Shown: piece after piece, positions 57,079 through 64,000 of the stretch
Numbering within the stretch: position 1 is the stretch's first letter
How the letters are laid out: the number at the start of each line of letters is the position of its first letter
NCBI GenBank assembly: GCA_963838925.1
Contig: CAWISW010000003.1
Span: 352,001-416,000 of the forward strand
Reading direction: 5' to 3'
DNA from: an uncultured Nitrososphaerota archaeon
GTDB taxonomy: Archaea; Thermoproteota; Nitrososphaeria; Nitrososphaerales; Gagatemarchaeaceae
DNA: 64,000 nucleotides
The notes under the pieces: model-generated
The model's database searches: none
Told to the model about the DNA's origin: nothing
The model's input: only the letters and a program-made list of their open reading frames with translations
Position numbers and translations under genes: made by a program

Positions 57079-59363
57079 CAACCCGCCTCGAATATTATCG
57101 CGTTCTCGTGACAGTCGGGGCACGTGCCTCCGCGCATCAGCGGGACCGACGACTCCTTGTTCACCTTGCCCGAGGTGAGGACCTCGAGCGCCTTGGCGAC
57201 GGCGTCTGGTATCGAGAGCAGCTGGATTCCCTCCTCCCACGAGACGTACTTGCCGCGGATGCCCTTCAGCATCTTCACGACGCTCTGGATGTCCCCGCCG
57301 TGCTGGAGGTAGAGGCTGATCAGCCTGCCGATCGCCTCGGCGTCGGCCTTCTCGTCCCCGCCCAGCTTGCCCAGAGTCACGAAGACCTCCTTCAGGTCGC
57401 CGGCCTCGTCGGAGTTGGCGGTGACGTACAGCCCTCCCTGGGGCAGCTTGAGCTTCAGAGTCCTCCCGGTGAGCACCTTCGGCCTCTCGAATGTCGTGGG
57501 CGCCTCCTGCTTGGGCTCCGTCCTCACGCCGCCGGCCTCCTTCTTGTCCACGTTCGCCGTCTCGAGGATGCCCTCCCTGCTTCCTTCCCTGTAGACCGTG
57601 ATGCCCTTGCACCCGAGCTTCCACGCGAGGAAGTAGATCTTCTCGACCTCTTCCGTGGAGATGTCCTGGGGTAGGTTGACCGTGCTCGAGATGGCCGTGT
57701 CGATGTGCTTCTGGATGGCGGCCTGCATCCTGACCCTCATCTCGGGCTTGATCTGGTGAGCCGTCACGAAGTACGCGGGCAGGGAGGTCTCGTCGGTGAT
57801 GCGGAAGACCCTCATGTATTCCTTGACGAGCGGGTGCCAGACCTTGAACTCGCCCTCGCTGAGGGACTTGCTCCTCCGGGTGTAGTAGAGGGCGAAGACC
57901 GGCTCGACGCCGCTCGAGGAGCCCACGAATATGGAGCCTGACCCCACCGGCGGGACGGTCGTGAGGGCTGAGTTCCTTATCCCCTGGGTCCTGATCTTCT
58001 CGCGCACGTTCGCGTCCAGCCTCTTGATGAAGGGCTGGGCCAGGTGCTTCTCCGCGTCGAAGGCGGGCGCCGGGCCCTTCTCCTTCGCGAGGTCGGTCGA
58101 GTAGTCGTAGATGACGTTCGTCATCCTCTCGAAGAGCTTGTCGACGAACTCTACGGTGGCCTCGTCGTCATACTTCATGCCGAGCTTGATGAGCATGTCT
58201 CCCAGCCCGGTCGTCCCTACTCCCACTCTCCTCGACCACAGAGAGGCGGTCTTCTGCTGCGGGAGGGGGTGCTTGTCCGCGTTGTAGTCGAGGACGTTGT
58301 CCAGGAACCTAGTGGCGTACTGCGCCGCCTTTGCGAGGCCGGGCCAGTCGATGCTCGCCCGGTCGGTGAAGGCGTCCTTCACGAAGGAGCTCAGGTTGAC
58401 CGAGCCCAGGCAGCAGCAGCCGTAGTTCTCGAGGGTCTGCTCGCTGCACGGGTTGACCCCCTCGACCGCCATGCCGTTGTACTCGGTGGTGGAGTCCCTC
58501 TTGATCGTGTCCCAGAATATGAGGCCCGGCTCGTCGCTCTGCCACGCCGCCTTGACCAGCTGGTTCCAGACCTCCCTCGCGCGGACGCTCCTCTCGAACT
58601 TCACCTTCTCGTTCTGGAACCTGAGAGTGAACTGGGAGTCCTTCTCGACCGCGTTCATGAACTCGTCGGTTATCTTGACCGAGATGTTCGCATAGTTCAC
58701 CTTCTTCAGGTCCTTCTTGACGTTGATGAAGTCGAATATGTCGGGGTGGTCAACGCGTATCGTGATCATCAGGGCCCCCCTTCGCCCGGCCTGCCCGATC
58801 GTCCCCGTGGTCGTCGAGAGGAGCTCCATGAAGGAGACCGAGCCGGAGCTGAAGATGGCCGAGTTGTTCACGGGCGTGCCGCGCGGCCTCAGCAGCGAGA
58901 TGTCGGTGCCCACGCCCCCTCCGAAGCTGTAGGTCCTCGCCGCCTCCTTGCACCAGTCGAAGATGCCCTCGATCGAGTCCTCCCTGATCTTGAAGAAGTA
59001 ACAGTTGAGTAGCGTCGACCTTCTGGACTGACCTGCGCCGAACAATATCCTGCCGCCAGGCACAAACTTGAAGTCGTCTAGGAGCCAGTAGAACTTCTCT
59101 GTCCACTCGGCCCTCTTGACGTCGTTGACCTCCACGGAGGCCAGCTCTCGGGCGACCCTCTCCCAGAGCTGCTTCGGGAGCCTCTCGACCTGCTTCCCGG
59201 TCTCGTCCCTGAGCGCGTACTTCTCGTAGAAGACCCGCGCCCTGAGCTCGTCGCCGCCGAAGGCCTCGAGCGTCTCTTTTGGAAGAATTACCTCCGGCTT
59301 TTGGAGCTGCTGCTCCATCATCTCGCCCTCCTTCTTCGTTGATTCCTCAATCTCAGCTGTCAA
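57039..59363 (-). CDS. nrdJ: Adenosylcobalamin-dependent (class II) ribonucleotide reductase
   Basis: PGGRIL, LLNCY, RRGA, NPCSEQ, AISSTVN, KGITVYR, C-terminal C..C..C..CG.SKC. Confidence 0.93.
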   Translation of the reverse strand: MTAEIEESTKKEGEMMEQQLQKPEVILPKETLEAFGGDELRARVFYEKYALRDETGKQVERLPKQLWERVARELASVEVNDVKRAEWTEKFYWLLDDFKFVPGGRILFGAGQSRRSTLLNCYFFKIREDSIEGIFDWCKEAARTYSFGGGVGTDISLLRPRGTPVNNSAIFSSGSVSFMELLSTTTGTIGQAGRRGALMITIRVDHPDIFDFINVKKDLKKVNYANISVKITDEFMNAVEKDSQFTLRFQNEKVKFERSVRAREVWNQLVKAAWQSDEPGLIFWDTIKRDSTTEYNGMAVEGVNPCSEQTLENYGCCCLGSVNLSSFVKDAFTDRASIDWPGLAKAAQYATRFLDNVLDYNADKHPLPQQKTASLWSRRVGVGTTGLGDMLIKLGMKYDDEATVEFVDKLFERMTNVIYDYSTDLAKEKGPAPAFDAEKHLAQPFIKRLDANVREKIRTQGIRNSALTTVPPVGSGSIFVGSSSGVEPVFALYYTRRSKSLSEGEFKVWHPLVKEYMRVFRITDETSLPAYFVTAHQIKPEMRVRMQAAIQKHIDTAISSTVNLPQDISTEEVEKIYFLAWKLGCKGITVYREGSREGILETANVDKKEAGGVRTEPKQEAPTTFERPKVLTGRTLKLKLPQGGLYVTANSDEAGDLKEVFVTLGKLGGDEKADAEAIGRLISLYLQHGGDIQSVVKMLKGIRGKYVSWEEGIQLLSIPDAVAKALEVLTSGKVNKESSVPLMRGGTCPDCHENAIIFEAGCYKCTSCGYSKCE

Positions 59364-59478
59364 ATATCAAATCGCGCATTCTGACCAACGGACGCCCTTT
59401 ATCTTCCTCTTGGTGGAGTATTTGTTCACCCATCCCCTGCTCTAAAGGGTTCCGAGGGAGTCAATGAGACGCTCCTAG

Positions 59479-59505
59479 GTCAACTAGAGTTGACAGGAAG
59501 TCAAC
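59479..59505. promoter_or_regulatory. Candidate operator upstream of nrdJ
   Basis: GTCAAC-taga-GTTGAC-aggaa-GTCAAC. Confidence 0.5.
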
Positions 59506-59519
59506 CGTTTTTGCCTAAA

Positions 59520-61607
59520 TCACTCGGTCGTCGAATATTGAGCCGTGGCCGTCGACCTGCATTTTGTGCATCTTTCCGTCTTTGCAGGAAGTTTCGAGCC
59601 GCAGTTGCGGCAGAAGGACACCGTCCTCTCGATCCCGAAGAAGTCGAGCTTCGGAGTCGCGTTCAAGGCGAGGTTGTATATCCCGCGGAGGTCTAGCGAC
59701 GACGCGTCCAGGTAGACCGAGAAGCCGCCGGCCGCGGCCTGGCTGACCTTGCTCATGTAGTTCATGGTCTCCGCGTTGTTGAGGTCCTCCCCCGTCAGCC
59801 TCGCCGCCTGGGAGTACCCGCGCTTCTCGAGGCTCTGCAGGTTCGCCCTGCCGTATCTCTCCGAGTCCAGCGAGGCGAGCCTCGCCGCCCCTCCCTCCTC
59901 GATGAGCGCGATCGCGAGCCGCTCGCTCTTCCCCGACTTCTCCGAGGCCGACTGCGACGCGGTCCCCAGTATCTTCGCGGCGAGGTCCGCCCTGGCGGAG
60001 GGCGCGGCCTCCTTGCTCAGGCCGAAGAGCGCTTCGTCGAGCCCTACCAGGTTCATCACCAGCGGCATCGTCGTGGAGCTCACGTTGTCGGAGCCGAAGC
60101 TCAGCGCAGGAAGGAGCCCCTTGTTCATCACCCTCTCGAGGAGGCGCCTGCGGGTGATCAGCGCGTCGGATGCGACGCCCATGAGCATGGAGAGCTTTGC
60201 CCTGAAGTACGTCTCGTCCTGGTTGGACTCGTAGGAGAGCCTCGGGAGGTTGATCCCCAGGTTGTGCAGGACGCTGACGTTGTCGCTCTGGTTGTCGGCG
60301 GGGAGGACGTCCAGGTTGATCCCCAGGGAGCTCCTCTTCTGCCCCGAAGGGAAGAACCCGACCTTGCCTCCGTGGAATATTATGGCGGCCGCCTCCTTCA
60401 GGTACGACGTCTCCTCCGACTTGTGTGGCTTCGCGAGCAGAATCCGGAGCTGCGGCCTCGGGACCTGCTCGACGTAGTCCCTGTAGGCGTCGAGGGTTGC
60501 GCCGAGCGTCTTCTCCATGAGGTCGCGCCCCGCGTCGTCCTTGACGTAGAGGTCCAGGTGCAGGGTGACCGACGGCCGCTGCAAAGGCTGGAGCACCGAC
60601 GAGACCTGGTCGAAGAGCTTGACGAGCGCGTCGGCCACGTCCTTCTTGGTCCGGGACCGCGTGAACTGCGCGAGGTACTGTAGGAAGTTGCTGAAGACTA
60701 TCTCCTGGTTGGCCTCCTTCTTGATGAGGGGCGTGATGTTCGCGATGACGTTGATCGCCTCCTCGAGGTTCGCAGGGCTCTGGAGCATCGGGACCCCCGG
60801 GAGCCTCCCCTTGGGGTTGAACCCCGAGGCGCGGACGGAAAGGAGGTCGAGGAAGATCGTGTCAGGGATGAGCGCCCAGGTGCCGGCCTCCGAGATGTTG
60901 ATGTCCCCGTTGAGGTGAGCGTCGGAGACGTCCCTCGGGAGCTGCTCGAGCAGGAGGTACTCAGAGAAGACCGACTTGCCCGTCTGGTGGAGGAGGGACT
61001 CCGCGTCGCCGTCGTCCGCACCCGCCTTTGTGAGGAGCTGGGTTACGTCGTAGACGGGCAGGCCTAGGCGCGTGAGCTTGTGCCTGTACTCCTCCAGGTT
61101 CTGCTCGACGAGGAGCGCGTTGACCATCTCCCTGATCAGGGGCGCCGTCAGGTACTGGGTCTGGAACTTGTAGAGCCGCGATTCGGTCTCGCTCGTGATC
61201 TTCTGCGCGAGCTCGACGGGCATCCCCGCCTCCTTGACGAGCGACTGGAGTATCTTGTCCGCGTTGAACTCCTCCATCGCCTGGCGGGTCGTCCTGACGT
61301 AGAGCTTGCCGCTCTCGATCAGCGACTGCTCCTCGATCTGTCGGGTGAGGTTGAGCACGAGCCTCCCAAGGTTGGTGACCGTGTACTTCCTCTCCTGCCT
61401 GTTCAGCTGGATCAGCAGCTGGCGGACTAGCTTCCTCAGGTGGTATGCGAACTTTCCCGACTCCTTCTTGGACTTGAAGCCCGCCAGCGACTTGAGCGCG
61501 CTGTAGGTGAGAGGTCCCTTGACGTTGAGGATCTTCAGGATCTCGAGCCTCTGCGGGGAGGCGATGACGCTGTAAATTGTCCTGACTCTGCGAGGAGCGG
61601 CTTGCAT
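59520..61607 (-). CDS. wHTH + ATP-cone + NrdD-like fusion protein
   Basis: ASPQRLEIL...FAYHLRKL; VRT....EEFNADKI ATP cone; DAHLNGDI, INLPRL; ends after a zinc ribbon without a glycyl-radical motif. Confidence 0.82.
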   Translation of the reverse strand: MQAAPRRVRTIYSVIASPQRLEILKILNVKGPLTYSALKSLAGFKSKKESGKFAYHLRKLVRQLLIQLNRQERKYTVTNLGRLVLNLTRQIEEQSLIESGKLYVRTTRQAMEEFNADKILQSLVKEAGMPVELAQKITSETESRLYKFQTQYLTAPLIREMVNALLVEQNLEEYRHKLTRLGLPVYDVTQLLTKAGADDGDAESLLHQTGKSVFSEYLLLEQLPRDVSDAHLNGDINISEAGTWALIPDTIFLDLLSVRASGFNPKGRLPGVPMLQSPANLEEAINVIANITPLIKKEANQEIVFSNFLQYLAQFTRSRTKKDVADALVKLFDQVSSVLQPLQRPSVTLHLDLYVKDDAGRDLMEKTLGATLDAYRDYVEQVPRPQLRILLAKPHKSEETSYLKEAAAIIFHGGKVGFFPSGQKRSSLGINLDVLPADNQSDNVSVLHNLGINLPRLSYESNQDETYFRAKLSMLMGVASDALITRRRLLERVMNKGLLPALSFGSDNVSSTTMPLVMNLVGLDEALFGLSKEAAPSARADLAAKILGTASQSASEKSGKSERLAIALIEEGGAARLASLDSERYGRANLQSLEKRGYSQAARLTGEDLNNAETMNYMSKVSQAAAGGFSVYLDASSLDLRGIYNLALNATPKLDFFGIERTVSFCRNCGSKLPAKTERCTKCRSTATAQYSTTE

Positions 61608-61743
61608 CTCTACCACAGTCACCGAGTCGAAACTATATAATGATGACATCACTCAGAGTCAAATAAAATCCACCGTTCCTGAGGAGTATTGCAACTAAGA
61701 TTGAAGACTGCGTGAAAGTGTAAATTTCGCGCTGTTCTGCGCT

Positions 61744-61917
61744 CTACGCGCCGAAGTTCTTCCTCAGTTCTCCGAAGGCCCGCAACCTATCGACAAGCTC
61801 CCAGAACTCTTCGTAGCTCGTTCCCCTCCGATAAACCTCTAGCAGTTGCTTGACTAGGTCACTTTCGATTTCTGCGAGTTCTGTCCCCAGCGCTCTTCTT
61901 TCTTCTCGACTTGCCAA
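61744..61917 (-). CDS. Small protein B of two-gene module 3 (57 aa)
   Basis: ...ELAEIESDLVKQLLEVYRRGTSYEEFWELVDRLRAFGELRKNFGA; start uncertain. Confidence 0.55.
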   Translation of the reverse strand: MASREERRALGTELAEIESDLVKQLLEVYRRGTSYEEFWELVDRLRAFGELRKNFGA

Positions 61918-61999
61918 TTATCGCTTCTACCGCTTTCTCCGCCAACTTCTTTCTTTCTGACGGGGGCAAATTGGAGATCTTTTCATCTTCGCTCAGCAC
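61859..61999 (-). CDS. Small protein A of two-gene module 3 (46 aa)
   Basis: MLSEDEKISNLPPSERKKLAEKAVEAIIGKSRRKKSAGDRTRRNRK; TATA cttaaata upstream. Confidence 0.5.
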   Translation of the reverse strand: MLSEDEKISNLPPSERKKLAEKAVEAIIGKSRRKKSAGDRTRRNRK

Positions 62000-62073
62000 C
62001 CAGATTTCCCTCGCTCATGGCCTTCTGATGCACCCAGATATTTAAGCGGCTTGCAAAATCTTGGCAGGGAGAA

Positions 62074-62101
62074 TTGGTGGGGTCGCCCGGATTTGAACCG
62101 G
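62074..62101 (-). repeat. 28-bp copy of the tRNA-Pro 3' end (att-like)
   Basis: ttggtggggtcgcccggatttgaaccgg identical to 63541-63568. Confidence 0.95.
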
Positions 62102-62165
62102 ACACGTCGGGCCCTTCCGGGTAACCTATTTACGACAGCGAGCCGACTTTCACTCGGCGTCCAGG

Positions 62166-63530
62166 TTGACTAGTCGCAGCTCTATGGCGTTTGCTGCCGC
62201 TACGATTTGCACACTGGCCTTCTATCTTCTAGTCTCCAGCTATCTCTCTCCGAATTCGGTTACGACGTCCACGAGTTCGACTGAGATCAGCACCACCCCT
62301 TCACCTTACGGCGCTCTGCTCAGGGGGTCGACGATCTACTCGCAGCTAGGCTATCCGTTGGTGAGCTACAACGGCAATTCGCAATACTCCCCAAGCAAAC
62401 CAAATTTCACCCTTTCTTACCGAAGCACTCATCTTGGTTTGGACGACGTGGGCTTTGCAGTAGCGACGCCAGTCATGAGTCTCACTCAAGCAGTTCGACT
62501 CGTTGAATCTCCGGAAGGCCCGAGTAAGGCAAACTACAGCTTGGTGGCAGCGGAATTCGACCCGGGCATAATCGTAAACAACACTGTCTGGCAATCGGCC
62601 ACTTGGCTGCTTTGGTTCGCCCAGGTCTACGACGGGTTCTGGCTCTTCGGACAAGGTAACGATGCAAGCTCATTCCTCTTCAGCGTGAACGCCGCTTCGG
62701 GCACGGTCTCGCAACCTACCAGCTTCCCTACCTACCAACCTTTGCCTGGGAACTATGCGCTAACCGTGACGGGCTCCCAGGCGATGAAAGTTGTGCGGGG
62801 ACTTGGAATCTTTTCAAGTGTCCCGTTTGAGCTGACACAAGGCGGGAACCTCACTAGTATCAGCCCTAGAATCATCAGGTTTGATTCAGGATCGAGTCTT
62901 GACATCCAGCACCCATTGAACTCTGCCCTTGATGGGACCTCGAGGCTATGCTGGATGATCTCGCTGACCTATTCCGCGTCAGCGAGCAGGCAAGGGTGGG
63001 AGGGAGAGTTCGCTGTGGACGCGCAGTCAGGCGAGCTCGACTCCGTATCCGTCGGCCCAATTTTCCCGGAGAGCTTTTTCGCAACGGTCAATTCAAATCT
63101 GGTCCAGTCGTCTGCGCGCAACCTCACAATCTCTCAGGAAACATTCCAAATGAGCGTGAATGCGACTGGACTTCCAAGCTCAATTGCCATCGCAGTTCCT
63201 GGCGTTCTTGTGGTCCGGCCAGGATCGACCGCTTCAATCGAAGTGAACTTCACGTCGAACTCTAACTACATCGCAAACCTTACCCTCTCGAATCCTCTCT
63301 CCGGCCTCCAAGGCCTTTCGGCAAACGGGCTTCCTCAAGGCGTGTCTGCAAGGTTCAGCAACACCACGCTCGCGCTTCAGGGAGGTACAAGCACCACGCG
63401 GACAATCATGCTTACGATTGAAGCGGATGCGCCTGCAGGAACATACCTGATGTACGTTGACAATCTGCCATTCTTCCTGACAGTCTGGAATGGCGCTGGT
63501 CAGTGGCCTCCGCCGCCCTCGGTTGGGTAG
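62166..63530 (+). CDS. Multi-domain surface protein between the tRNA-Pro repeats
   Basis: TM, S/T linker, PepSY-like VDAQSGE/VNAASG, Ig-like LPQGVS...APAGTY. Confidence 0.78.
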   Translation: MTSRSSMAFAAATICTLAFYLLVSSYLSPNSVTTSTSSTEISTTPSPYGALLRGSTIYSQLGYPLVSYNGNSQYSPSKPNFTLSYRSTHLGLDDVGFAVATPVMSLTQAVRLVESPEGPSKANYSLVAAEFDPGIIVNNTVWQSATWLLWFAQVYDGFWLFGQGNDASSFLFSVNAASGTVSQPTSFPTYQPLPGNYALTVTGSQAMKVVRGLGIFSSVPFELTQGGNLTSISPRIIRFDSGSSLDIQHPLNSALDGTSRLCWMISLTYSASASRQGWEGEFAVDAQSGELDSVSVGPIFPESFFATVNSNLVQSSARNLTISQETFQMSVNATGLPSSIAIAVPGVLVVRPGSTASIEVNFTSNSNYIANLTLSNPLSGLQGLSANGLPQGVSARFSNTTLALQGGTSTTRTIMLTIEADAPAGTYLMYVDNLPFFLTVWNGAGQWPPPPSVG

Positions 63531-63541
63531 GGGGGCAAATT

Positions 63542-63664
63542 TGGTGGGGTCGCCCGGATTTGAACCGGGGGTCTCAAGCGCCCAAGGCGACTTCTCATGC
63601 TGATTTGAAGCCTAGACCAGACTCGCCCTGCAGCTCTGAAAGCTACAGCCTAGCCGACGACCCC
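63542..63664 (-). tRNA. tRNA-Pro(TGG) with two non-canonical introns (63622-63649, 63589-63604)
   Basis: Acceptor GGGGTCG/CGACCCC-ACCA; anticodon arm CAAGC-CTTGGGC-GCTTG after splicing; BHB helix CTTC/GAAG at 29/30, relaxed BHB at 15/16. Confidence 0.9.
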
Positions 63665-64000
63665 TTGTCCAAGGTTCTATTGCGTCTCATATTATACTCT
63701 ATCTCCGCAAATTTGGTGAAGCTGATGACTTCTCTTTTGACGGCCTTCTTGAAGTCTTGCACTTTGGGCTTGATGCGATCCCAACTTAATTCCGCCGATT
63801 CCAAGACGAGTTTCATCTTCGCAATTTTCTCCGGATGTCTTGATATCGGCAACAGCCTTTCTGCGAGCGTTCTCACTTCACTCCTTCGGCGCACCTCAAG
63901 CCTTGCCTTGGCGTCAACATCGATTCTGGAGTTTCCCTGTGCTCCATAGAGCAAGGGGTGGAAACCATCTCGGCCCAGCGCCGCTGCAGATTCTCTTAGG
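63643..64000 (-). CDS. 3' part of a hypothetical gene entering from the window edge
   Basis: Frame is open to the edge, but its stop overlaps the tRNA 5' end. Confidence 0.35.
   Translation of the reverse strand, partial: LRESAAALGRDGFHPLLYGAQGNSRIDVDAKARLEVRRRSEVRTLAERLLPISRHPEKIAKMKLVLESAELSWDRIKPKVQDFKKAVKREVISFTKFAEIEYNMRRNRTLDKGSSARL

Overview
GC-rich archaeal chromosomal window, most likely a non-ammonia-oxidising Nitrososphaerota (Thaumarchaeota) lineage (inferred from gene content, BHB-type non-canonical tRNA introns and a Thermoplasmatales-type ATP synthase order). The backbone carries Mre11/Rad50, RNase P RNA, tsr3, an Lrp-type protein, tiaS, crcB with a fluoride riboswitch, tRNA-iMet, tfe/trm56/hflX/mbf1, nac, an A/V-ATPase operon (atpB broken by three +1 insertions), class II ribonucleotide reductase and tRNA-Pro. 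The main unexplained signal is integrase-free accretion of gene cassettes behind the 3' ends of conserved genes. (i) Eight same-orientation copies of a ~35-80 bp element delimit seven cassettes of Ser/Thr-rich surface-protein genes (11.0-20.4 kb); the first copy is the last hairpin of an unrecognised structured RNA candidate. (ii) The 3' end of the Lrp gene recurs twice, with only synonymous differences in the 42-bp copy. (iii) A LAGLIDADG gene lies between tRNA-iMet and a displaced iMet 3' end that still holds two BHB introns. (iv) One surface-protein gene lies between tRNA-Pro and a 28-bp copy of its 3' end. Many cassette genes share a TTCGGACAAA promoter motif that is also present as an inverted pair in front of a membrane-tethered wHTH regulator. 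Also found: an IS6-type cargo transposon with TIRs, 8-bp TSD, operators and a proteasome-beta-like passenger, and three related sub-60-aa two-gene modules mostly missed by the ORF track. All family assignments are from motif recognition by eye; no searches were run.
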